Source of the DNA: Balanoglossus misakiensis
Lineage: Eukaryota > Animalia > Hemichordata
NCBI GenBank assembly: GCA_040954595.2
Contig: CM082598.2
Coordinates: 5,223,097-5,287,096, forward strand
Length of the DNA stretch: 64,000 nt
Direction of reading: 5' to 3'
Shown here: positions 1 through 12,300 of the stretch, one piece after another
Numbering within the stretch: the stretch's first letter is position 1
How the letters are laid out: every line of letters begins with the position of its first letter
The notes under the pieces: generated by a model
Seen by the model: the letters and a program-made list of their open reading frames with translations, nothing else
The model's database searches: none
Told to the model about the DNA's origin: nothing
Position numbers and translations under genes: made by a program

Positions 1-700
1 TGTCAGCTTCAAATCATCGATGGTTGTTGTTTTTCAAGTGGAAAACCGTGACTGATATAGACTGTCAAGAGTCTGTCTTTTGTTTTGCGCATTTGCTGTT
101 CACAGTAGTGATTGCCACCCTCGACGTGCTGTGCTGAAGTGCTGAGGGATTATAAACCATGGACGACATCATCACAATGGCTTTGCGTAAAACTACTACT
201 CAACACGTTTCCGCTTCAGTTCTACGACATGTTGAGAGTGGTTGATTGCGGTAGAGTCGACGCTTACAGCACTTGGCATTGAGTGCATGAAGTGACAAGA
301 GATTACTTTTGCGAAGGACGTTGGTCAAGAGCTTCGCATTCATTGGCCACTGAGTATTGTGATAAACCATGAAAACCCGTGCAGTTAGGAAACACCAGGT
401 GGCATGCTGAGGGCATTGATCTCACCAGAAAGGTCGTCGTCGGCTTAGTTTCCAGCCCCCCTCCCCCCAAAAAAATGCTGAATATCTTATATGTTTGTAT
501 AAATGATAGTCTAGAGAATGCAGTGTCTGTGTTGTGAAGGATGCATTTCATAATATACAATTTACTTCTTTTTCCCCAATAACCGAAGCTGTGATGTTGA
601 ATAGTCTAAGTGATTTACCATGATTTTTGCTGTTGACTTTAGCACCAGAATGCATTTTCAGTCTTATAAATGTTAAAAATAAGTTTTTGGGGAGAGGAGC

Positions 701-965
701 TTAGAAGGACAAAGTCTCTCTCTCGCTGTCCTTCCATCCTGTTTGTAGGATATGAGAGTAAAAATCTCGCCAAAATGAATAAACGGTAGAGACCGATTAT
801 TCATCTTGGCGAGTTTTTCACTCTTGTGTCTACAAACGGGATGGAAGGTGTGTGTGGTTGAACGTTGATCACTATATATCCACATGTAGAATAATATAAA
901 CGGTGTCTTGTATCAAATATAATTAATGGAAAAAGGCTGGCAAAAGAGAGACTTTGTCCCTTTAA
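701..965. mobile_element. MITE family A, internally deleted copy
   Basis: Both termini present, left arm shortened. Confidence 0.75.
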
Positions 966-1367
966 CGAATCTGTCGTGTTTCACTCCACACACTGAGGGT
1001 GCCACTTATCAGCTACAATGGTGTATGGGAGCTAACACCCACAGTTATATTTATAAGCCAGCTTTTCCTTTAAGGAAGCCCCAGTTCTTAATGTTGATAT
1101 TGAATCGTTACACTGTGAGAAGTTACACCCTGCAGTAATTTCTCCAGGGTCTATGGTGGAAGCTTCGAGTTTTCTCCATTGAACCACTTTTGAAGTGGGG
1201 ACTGTTCCGTTCATATTTTATACGACATACATGTATAGGCAGTCGGCCTAGTTAGATTGCTGGAAATTGTCAACAACCCAAACACATTAATCAGTATCCA
1301 TATACACGACGTGCACTAAGCAGTATCAAACAATAAACGTGGATTTTATAAGTTGTAAGAAAATTCT

Positions 1368-1373
1368 TTTATT
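1368..1373 (-). terminator. Candidate polyadenylation signal of the neurotrophin gene
   Basis: AATAAA on the - strand ~175 nt after the stop codon. Confidence 0.45.
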
Positions 1374-1545
1374 ATACTGAATAATTCACGTCTGGTAAAT
1401 AATCCAAAATGAAATGTTTATAGTCAAAATATAACATACATGTACATGAACATAACTAAATAATTGACGTATGATAAATAATGCCCAATTGAACGTTTAT
1501 GATTCGTACTCAAATTAATCAATAATCAATCAATCAATTCTGCAG

Positions 1546-1678
1546 TCAATTGTTTTCATGGATTCGACAAGTACAACAGGTGTTAATGCTTATCCAATCC
1601 CATATATATTGGTTTTTCTCCTCGGACCACACGTATGCTACGTTCCATGATGGTTTGGCCAGACAGCTAGATGAATAC
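1546..1678 (-). CDS. Neurotrophin exon 5 (C-half of cystine knot, stop)
   Basis: (M)YSSSCLAKPSWNVAYVWSEEKNQYIWDWISINTCCTCRIHENN-TGA; CCTTCGCAG acceptor. Confidence 0.9.
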
Positions 1679-3278
1679 CTGCGAAGGAATGGAAACAATA
1701 TTTGACTATAATAGCTCTATGTAAATATAAATATGTCTCTCTGCCTGCCTGTATGTTTGTTTGTTTGTTCATTGTGGCCACTCGCGATCGCATGAATATA
1801 TCTCAGTGCTTATTGGGCCAACGTCGGTGTCACTTTGATGCAGTGCCTGTGTTATCAGTTTTCTGGTCTTTATACTGAATAATGTAGTTGATCAGTTGTC
1901 ATATATTCTCGCAGCTGCGGATAGCGATGGTTGCACATACTTAACTCGCCAAAATGAATAATCAGTGTTTACCATTTATTCATTTTGGTTGGATTTTTAC
2001 TCTCATATCCTACAAATTGGATGGAAGTTGTGTGTGGTCGAACGTTGATTCACTATATATCCACATGTACATTAACATAAATTGTGTCTTGTATCAAACA
2101 TAATTAATGGAAAAAGGGCAGCGAGAGAGAGACTTTGTCCCTTTAATAGTATACTGTAACCCCTGTAAATTTACCATGGACAGTAGAGATTAAGTACATC
2201 TCGGATTTTTACTTGGACTGCCAAGCGGTAAACCGCGGGCTACTTACTACTTGATCGTGAGCAGACTCGACCTCCACATTTAACCATATATGGGCATGAG
2301 TGAACTAGGGGCAACGGCTGAAAGAAAGCCTAAGGTATAACTATTGATATAAACTGTAAAATTTCCAAATCGTGTTTGGAGATAGTATTTTTTTCACTTT
2401 TCGTCAAGGCTTGCCACAATGAAAACGGATTGACCTGCACAGAAGGAATGTACTGACCTTTGTTTGTTTAATAAGTAACTACGTGATAGTATAAATTGTT
2501 GCAAGTCTCAGTTGAAAAAAAGGGTTTATTGTATAAATTGTTGCAAGTGTAACAAAGACATGCGTTGAAACCCAAATGAGTTGTGTTTAGATACATTCTT
2601 ATCAGTAAAGCAATCATTGCGGTGTAGACGACAGGTGGCTTTTCGCCTTGAATGGGAAATGCATACAAAGTGTTTCTTTTTTTCGGTGTCAATCAAAAGA
2701 AATAACGGTGCTCAGTACTTTCATTCTGTGCAGCTCGAACTGTTTTGATTGTAAGACGCTTTACACCACCTACATGTCTGCTATTCCTGTGCACGGTCCT
2801 GTCTTGTTAAGACAAGTTGTGACGTGAAAATACTGGTTGTCGTAGAGGGTGACTCTTTCCCCTTCGCGGTTCAAACCGTGGCTGAGTGAACGCCACTCGC
2901 TGCTGCTTCTGCAAACCTCCCGAAATGGTTCACCTCTCTTGTTCTAATTAAAAAAAGAAGAGTTATGATTTAAGGGAGTCAAACTATTAATCACATTCAG
3001 AATCTTTAAAGAGATATTACACCTTATTTCTTTCTTTATGTTGTGATTTGGTTCGATAAAACGCCGAAATATCATTCATTCATTCATTCATTCATTCATT
3101 CATTCATTCATTCATTCATTCATTCATTCATTCATCCATCCATTCATTCATTCATTCATTCATTCATTCATTCATTCATACATCCATCCACCTGGCCCCC
3201 ACACATACATACATACATACATACATACATACATACATACATACATACATACATACATACATACATACATACATACAT

Positions 3279-3365
<87 letters not shown>

Positions 3366-6300
3366 TGCATACATGCATACATGCATACATACATACATAC
3401 ATACATACATACATACATGTACACTTTTGGACGAAAATTGTCAAAAACGCCAAATTCTTGACTTTGCCTATTTTTTTTTGTCATTTTTGGAGGTTTTTCA
3501 TGGATTATAGCTCATGAAAATCATCCAAAAATGAAAATTTTTCGACTTTGCGAAGTTTCAAAATTTCTTCATTTTTTTTACAAAATCATGGGTTATAGCT
3601 CATGATAATCGTCCAAAAATGACAATTTTTCGACTTTGCGAATTTTCAAAATTTCTTCAATTTTTCACAAAAATCATGGGTTATAACTCATGAAAATCAT
3701 GCAAAAATGACAATTTTTCGACTTTGCGAATTTTCAAAATTTCTTCAATTTTTGACAAAAATCATGGGTTATAGCTCATGAAAATCATGCAAAAATGACA
3801 TTTTTTCGACTTTGCGAATTTTCAAAATTTCTTCAATTTTTGACAAAAATCATGGGTTATAGCTCATGAAAATCATCCAAAAATGACAATTTTTCGACTT
3901 TGCGAAGTTTCAAAATTTCTTCATTTTTTGACAAAATCATGGGTTATAGCTCATGATAATCATCCAAAAATGACAATTTTTCGACTTTGTGAAGTTTCAA
4001 AATTTCTTCAATTATTGACAAAAATCATGGGTTATAGCTCATGAAAATCGTCCAAAAATGACAATTTTTCGACTTTGCGAATTTTCAAAATTTCTTCAAT
4101 TTTTGACAAAAATCATGGGTTATAGAACATGATAATCGTCCAAAAATGACAATTTTTCGACTTTGCGAATTTTCAAAAATTCTTCATTTTTTGACAAAAA
4201 TCATGGGTTATAGCTCATGATAATCATCCAAAAATGACAATTTTTCGACTTTGCGAATTTTCAAAAATTCTTCATTTTTTGACAAAAATCATGGGTTATA
4301 GCTCATGATAATCATCCAAAAATGACAATTTTTCGACTTTGCGAATTTTCAAAATTTCTTCAATTTTTGACAAAAATCATGGGTTATAGCTCATGAAAAT
4401 CATCCAAAAATGACAATTTTTCGACTTTGCGAATTATCAAAATTTCTTCAATTTTTGACAAAAATCATGGGTTATAGCTCATGAAAATCATCCAAAAATG
4501 ACAATTTTTCGACTTTGCGAATTTTCAAAATTTCTTCAATTTTTGACAAAAATCATGGGTTATAGCTCATGAAAATCATCCAAAAATGACAATTTTTCGA
4601 CTTTGCGAATTTTCAAAATTTCTTCAATTTTTGACAAAAATCATGGGTTATAGCTCATGAAAATCATCCAAAAATGACAATTTTTCGACTTTGCGAATTA
4701 TCAAAATTTCTTCAATTTTTGACAAAAATCATGGGTTATAGCTCATGAAAATCATCCAAAAATGACAATTTTTCGACTTTGCGAATTATCAAAATTGCTT
4801 CAATTTTTGACAAAAATCATGGGTTATAGCTCATGAAAATCATCCAAAAATGACAATTTTTCGACTTTGCGAATTTTCAAAATTTCTTCAATTTTTGACA
4901 AAAATCATGGGTTATAGCTCATGAAAATCATCCAAAAATGACAATTTTTCGACTTTGCGAATTTTCAAAATTTCTTCAATTTTTGACAAAAATCATGGGT
5001 TATAGCTCATGAAAATCATCCAAAAATGACAATTTTTCGACTTTGCGAATTTTCAAAATTTCTTCAATTTTTGACAAAAATCATGGGTTATAGCTCATGA
5101 AAATCATCCAAAAATGACAATTTTTCGACTTTGCGAATTTTCAAAATTTCTTCAATTTTTGACAAAAATCATGGGTTATAGCTCATGAAAATCATCCAAA
5201 AATGACAATTTTTCGACTTTGCGAATTTTCAAAATTTCTTCAATTTTTGACAAAAATCATGGGTTATAGCTCATGAAAATCATCCAAAAATGACAATTTT
5301 TCGACTTTGCGAATTTTCAAAATTTCTTCAATTTTTGACAAAAATCATGGGTTATAGCTCATGAAAATCATCCAAAAATGACAATTTTTCGACTTTGCGA
5401 ATTTTCAAAATTTCTTCAATTTTTTGACAAAAATCATGGGTTATAGCTCATGAAAATCATCCAAAAATGACAATTTTTCGACTTTGCGAATTTTCAAAAT
5501 TTCTTCAATTTTTTGACAAAAAGCATGGGTTATAGCTCATGAAAATCATCCAAAAATGACAATTTTTCGACTTTGCGAATTTTCAAAATTTCTTCAATTT
5601 TTGACAAAAATCATGGGTTAAAGCTCATGAAAATCATCCAAAAATGACAATTTTTCGACTTTGCGAATTTTCAAAATTTCTTCAATTTTTGACAAAAATC
5701 ATGGGTTAAAGCTCATGAAAATCATCCAAAAATGACAATTTTTCGACTTTGCGAATTATCAAAATTTCTTCAATTTTTGACAAAAATCATGGGTTATAGC
5801 TCATGAAAATCATCCAAAAATGACAATTTTCCGACTTTGCGAATTTTCAAAATTTCTTCAATTTTTGACAAAAATCATGGGTTATAGCTCATGAAAATCA
5901 TCCAAAAATGACAATTTTTCGACTTTGCGAATTTTCAAAATTTCTTCATTTTTTGACAAAAATCATGGGTTATAGCTCATGAAAATCATCCAAAAATGAC
6001 AATTTTTCGACTTTGCGAATTATCAAAATTTCTTCAATTTTTGACAAAAATCATGGGTTATAGCTCATGAAAATCATCCAAAAATGACAATTTTCCGACT
6101 TTGCGAATTTTCAAAATTTCTTCAATTTTTGACAAAAATCATGGGTTATAGCTCATGAAAATCATCCAAAAATGACAATTTTTCGACTTTGCGAATATTC
6201 AAAATTTCTTCATTTTTTGACAAAAATCATGGGTTATAGCTCATGAAAATCATCCAAAAATGATAATTTTTCGACTTTGCGAATTTTCAAAATTTCTTCA

Positions 6301-9300
6301 ATTTTTGACAAAAATCATGGGTTATAGCTCATGAAAATCATCCAAAAATGACAATTTTTCGACTTTGCGAAGTTTCAAAATTTCTTCATTTTTTTTACAA
6401 AATCATGGGTTATAGCTCATGATAATCGTCCAAAAATGACAATTTTTCGACTTTGCGAATTTTCAAAATTTCTTCAATTTTTCACAAAAATCATGGGTTA
6501 TAACTCATGAAAATCATGCAAAAATGACAATTTTTCGACTTTGCGAATTTTCAAAATTTCTTCAATTTTTGACAAAAATCATGGGTTATAGCTCATGAAA
6601 ATCATGCAAAAATGACATTTTTTCGACTTTGCGAATTTTCAAAATTTCTTCAATTTTTGACAAAAATCATGGGTTATAGCTCATGAAAATCATCCAAAAA
6701 TGACAATTTTTCGACTTTGCGAAGTTTCAAAATTTCTTCATTTTTTGACAAAATCATGGGTTATAGCTCATGATAATCATCCAAAAATGACAATTTTTCG
6801 ACTTTGTGAAGTTTCAAAATTTCTTCAATTATTGACAAAAATCATGGGTTATAGCTCATGAAAATCGTCCAAAAATGACAATTTTTCGACTTTGCGAATT
6901 TTCAAAATTTCTTCAATTTTTGACAAAAATCATGGGTTATAGAACATGATAATCGTCTAAAAATGACAATTTTTCGACTTTGCGAATTTTCAAAAATTCT
7001 TCATTTTTTGACAAAAATCATGGGTTATAGCTCATGATAATCGTCCAAAAATGACAATTTTTCGACTTTGCGAATTTTCAAAAATTCTTCATTTTTTGAC
7101 AAAAATCATGGGTTATAGCTCATGATAATCATCCAAAAATGACAATTTTTCGACTTTGCGAATTTTCAAAAATTCTTCATTTTTTGACAAAAATCATGGG
7201 TTATAGCTCATGATAATCATCCAAAAATGACAATTTTTCGACTTTGCGAATTTTCAAAAATTCTTCAATTTTTGACAAAAATCATGGGTTATAGCTCATG
7301 ATAATCGTCCAAAAATGACAATTTTTCGACTTTGCGAATTTTCAAAAATTCTTCATTTTTTGACAAAAATCATGGGTTATAGCTCATGATAATCATCCAA
7401 AAATGACAATTTTTCGACTTTGCGAATTTTCAAAATTTCTTCAATTTTTGACAAAAATCATGGGTTATAACTCATGAAAATCATCCAAAAATGACAATTT
7501 TTCGACTTTGCGAATTATCTAAATTTCTTCAATTTTTGACAAAAATCATGGGTTATAGCTCATGAAAATCATCCAAAAATGACAATTTTTCGACTTTGCG
7601 AATTTTCAAAATTTCTTCAATTTTTGACAAAAATCATGGGTTATAGCTCATGAAAATCATCCAAAAATGACAATTTTTCGACTTTGCGAATTATCAAAAT
7701 TTCTTCAATTTTTGACAAAAATCATGGGTTATAGCTCATGAAAATCATCCAAAAATGACAATTTTTCGACTTTGCGAATTATCAAAATTTCTTCAATTTT
7801 TGACAAAAATCATGGGTTATAGCTCATGAAAATCATCCAAAAATGACAATTTTTCGACTTTGCGAATTTTCAAAATTTCTTCAATTTTTGACAAAAATCA
7901 TGGGTTATAGCTCATGAAAATCATCCAAAAATGACAATTTTTCGACTTTGCGAATTTTCAAAATTTCTTCAATTTTTGACAAAAATCATGGGTTATAGCT
8001 CATGAAAATCATCCAAAAATGACAATTTTTCGACTTTGCGAATTTTCAAAATTTCTTCAATTTTTGACAAAAATCATGGGTTATAGCTCATGAAAATCAT
8101 CCAAAAATGACAATTTTTCGACTTTGCGAATTTTCAAAATTTCTTCAATTTTTGACAAAAATCATGGGTTATAGCTCATGAAAATCATCCAAAAATGACA
8201 ATTTTTCGACTTTGCGAATTTTCAAAATTTCTTCAATTTTTGACAAAAATCATGGGTTATAGCTCATGAAAATCATCCAAAAATGACAATTTTTCGACTT
8301 TGCGAATTTTCAAAATTTCTTCAATTTTTGACAAAAATCATGGGTTAAAGCTCATGAAAATCATCCAAAAATGACAATTTTTCGACTTTGCGAATTTTCA
8401 AAATTTCTTCAATTTTTGACAAAAATCATGGGTTAAAGCTCATGAAAATCATCCAAAAATGACAATTTTTCGACTTTGCGAATTATCAAAATTTCTTCAA
8501 TTTTTGACAAAAATCATGGGTTATAGCTCATGAAAATCATCCAAAAATGACAATTTTTCGACTTTGCGAATTTTCAAAATTTCTTCAATTTTTTGACAAA
8601 AATCATGGGTTATAGCTCATGAAAATCATCCAAAAATGACAATTTTTCGACTTTGCGAATTTTCAAAATTTCTTCAATTTTTGACAAAAATCATGGGTTA
8701 TAGCTCATGAAAATCATCCAAAAATGACAATTTTTCGACTTTGCGAATTTTCAAAATTTCTTCAATTTTTGACAAAAATCATGGGTTAAAGCTCATGAAA
8801 ATCATCCAAAAATGACAATTTTTCGACTTTGCGAATTTTCAAAATTTCTTCAATTTTTGACAAAAATCATGGGTTAAAGCTCATGAAAATCATCCAAAAA
8901 TGACAATTTTTCGACTTTGCGAATTATCAAAATTTCTTCAATTTTTGACAAAAATCATGGGTTATAGCTCATGAAAATCATCCAAAAATGACAATTTTCC
9001 GACTTTGCGAATTTTCAAAATTTCTTCAATTTTTGACAAAAATCATGGGTTATAGCTCATGAAAATCATCCAAAAATGACAATTTTTCGACTTTGCGAAT
9101 TTTCAAAATTTCTTCATTTTTTGACAAAAATCATGGGTTATAGCTCATGAAAATCATCCAAAAATGACAATTTTTCGACTTTGCGAATTATCAAAATTTC
9201 TTCAATTTTTGACAAAAATCATGGGTTATAGCTCATGAAAATCGTCCAAAAATGACAATTTTCCGACTTTGCGAATTTTCAAAATTTCTTCAATTTTTGA

Positions 9301-12300
9301 CAAAAATCATGGGTTATAGCTCATGAAAATCATCCAAAAATGACAATTTTTCGACTTTGCGAATATTCAAAATTTCTTCATTTTTTGACAAAAATCATGG
9401 GTTATAGCTCATGAAAATCATCCAAAAATGATAATTTTTCGACTTTGCGAATTTTCAAAATTTCTTCATTTTTTGACAAAAATCATGGGTTATAGCTCAT
9501 GAAAATCATCCAAAAATGACAATTTTTCGACTTTGCGAATTTTCAAAATTTCTTCAATTTTTGACAAAAATCATGGGTTATAGCTCATGAAAATCATCCA
9601 AAAATGACAATTTTTCGACTTTGCGAATTTTCAAAATTTCTTCAATTTTTTGACAAAAATCATGGGTTATAGCTCATGAAAATCATCCAAAAATGACAAT
9701 TTTTCGACTTTGCGAATTTTCAAAATTTCTTCAATTTTTGACAAAAATCATGGGTTATAGCTCATGAAAATCATCCAAAAATGACAATTTTTCGACTTTG
9801 CGAATTTTCAAAATTTCTTCAATTTTTGACAAAAATCATGGGTTATAGCTCATGAAAATCATCCAAAAATGACAATTTTTCGACTTTGCGAATTTTCAAA
9901 ATTTCTTCAATTTTTGACAAAAATCATGGGTTATAGCTCATGAAAATCATCCAAAAATGACAATTTTTCGACTTTGCGAATTTTCAAAATTTCTTCAATT
10001 TTTGACAAAAATCATGGGTTAAAGCTCATGAAAATCATCCAAAAATGACAATTTTTCGACTTTGCGAATTTTCAAAATTTCTTCAATTTTTGACAAAAAT
10101 CATGGGTTAAAGCTCATGAAAATCATCCAAAAATGACAATTTTTCGACTTTGCGAATTATCAAAATTTCTTCAATTTTTGACAAAAATCATGGGTTATAG
10201 CTCATGAAAATCATCCAAAAATGACAATTTTTCGACTTTGCGAATTTTCAAAATTTCTTCAATTTTTGACAAAAATCATGGGTTATAGCTCATGAAAATC
10301 ATCCAAAAATGACAATTTTTCGACTTTGCGAATTTTCAAAATTTCTTCAATTTTTTGACAAAAATCATGGGTTATAGCTCATGAAAATCATCCAAAAATG
10401 ACAATTTTTCGACTTTGCGAATTTTCAAAATTTCTTCAATTTTTGACAAAAATCATGGGTTATAGCTCATGAAAATCATCCAAAAATGACAATTTTTCGA
10501 CTTTGCGAATTTTCAAAATTTCTTCAATTTTTGACAAAAATCATGGGTTAAAGCTCATGAAAATCATCCAAAAATGACAATTTTTCGACTTTGCGAATTT
10601 TCAAAATTTCTTCAATTTTTGACAAAAATCATGGGTTATAGCTCATGAAAATCATCCAAAAATGACAATTTTTCGACTTTGCGAATTTTCAAAATTTCTT
10701 CAATTTTTGACAAAAATCATGGGTTAAAGCTCATGAAAATCATCCAAAAATGACAATTTTTCGACTTTGCGAATTTTCAAAATTTCTTCAATTTTTGACA
10801 AAAATCATGGGTTAAAGCTCATGAAAATCATCCAAAAATGACAATTTTTCGACTTTGCGAATTTTCAAAATTTCTTCAATTTTTGACAAAAATCATGGGT
10901 TAAAGCTCATGAAAATCATCCAAAAATGACAATTTTTCGACTTTGCGAATTTTCAAAATTTCTTCAATTTTTGACAAAAATCATGGGTTATAGCTCATGA
11001 AAATCATCCAAAAATGACAATTTTCCGACTTTGCGAATTTTCAAAATTTCTTCAATTTTTGACAAAAATCATGGGTTATAGCTCATGAAAATCATCCAAA
11101 AATGACAATTTTTCGACTTTGCGAATTTTCAAAATTTCTTCATTTTTTGACAAAAATCATGGGTTATAGCTCATGAAAATCATCCAAAAATGACAATTTT
11201 TCGACTTTGCGAATTTTCAAAATTTCTTCAATTTTTGACAAAAATCATGGGTTATAGCTCATGAAAATCATCCAAAAATGACAATTTTCCGACTTTGCGA
11301 ATTTTCAAAATTTCTTCAATTTTTGACAAAAATCATGGGTTATAGCTCATGAAAATCATCCAAAAATGACAATTTTTCGACTTTGCGAATTTTCAAAATT
11401 TCTTCATTTTTTGACAAAAATCATGGGTTATAGCTCATGAAAATCATCCAAAAATGATAATTTTTCGACTTTGCGAATTTTCAAAATTTCTTCATTTTTT
11501 GACAAAAATCATGGGTTATAGCTCATGAAAATCATCCAAAAATGACAATTTTTGGACTTTGCGAATTTTCAAAATTTCTTCATTTTTTGACAAAAATCAT
11601 GGGTTATAGCTCATGAAAATCATCCAAAAATGACAATTTTTCGACTTTGCGAATTTTCAAAATTTCTTCAATTTTTGACAAAAATCATGGGTTATAGCTC
11701 ATGAAAATCATCCAAAAATGACAATTTTTCGACTTTGCGAATTTTCAAAATTTCTTCAATTTTTGACAAAAATCATGGGTTATAGCTCATGAAAATCATC
11801 CAAAAATGACAATTTTCCGACTTTGCGAATTTTCAAAATTTCTTCAATTTTTGACAAAAATCATGGGTTATAGCTCATGAAAATCATCCAAAAATGACAA
11901 TTTTCCGACTTTGCGAATTTTCAAAATTTCTTCAATTTTTGACAAAAATCATGGGTTATAGCTCATGAAAATCATCCAAAAATGACAATTTTCCGACTTT
12001 GCGAATTTTCAAAATTTCTTCAATTTTTGACAAAAATCATGGGTTATAGCTCATGAAAATCATCCAAAAATGACAATTTTCCGACTTTGCGAATTTTCAA
12101 AATTTCTTCAATTTTTGACAAAAATCATGGGTTATAGCTCATGAAAATCATCCAAAAATGACAATTTTCCGACTTTGCGAATTTTCAAAATTTCTTCAAT
12201 TTTTGACAAAAATCATGGGTTATAGCTCATGAAAATCATCCAAAAATGATAATTTTTCGACTTTGCGAATTTTTAAAATTTCTTCAATTTTTGACAAAAA

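Noticed and set aside
241-450. Possible hAT transposase remnant (…LGNTRW…) on the + strand
   Set aside because: Only a 3-residue motif in a frame with stops; not supportable without a database search.
673-885. Recurrent ORFs such as [12 protein letters not shown] (also 26940, 35171, 46950, 62567) and KVYGHLWK (30379, 34363, 36159)
   Set aside because: Chance frames within non-coding MITE families A and B.
3043-3510. ORFs reading HTYI/MYVC/HTHT (also at 17844-18140, 23181-23700, 26479-26739, 52289-52598, 56660-57094)
   Set aside because: Translations of (TACA)n and (CA)n microsatellites.
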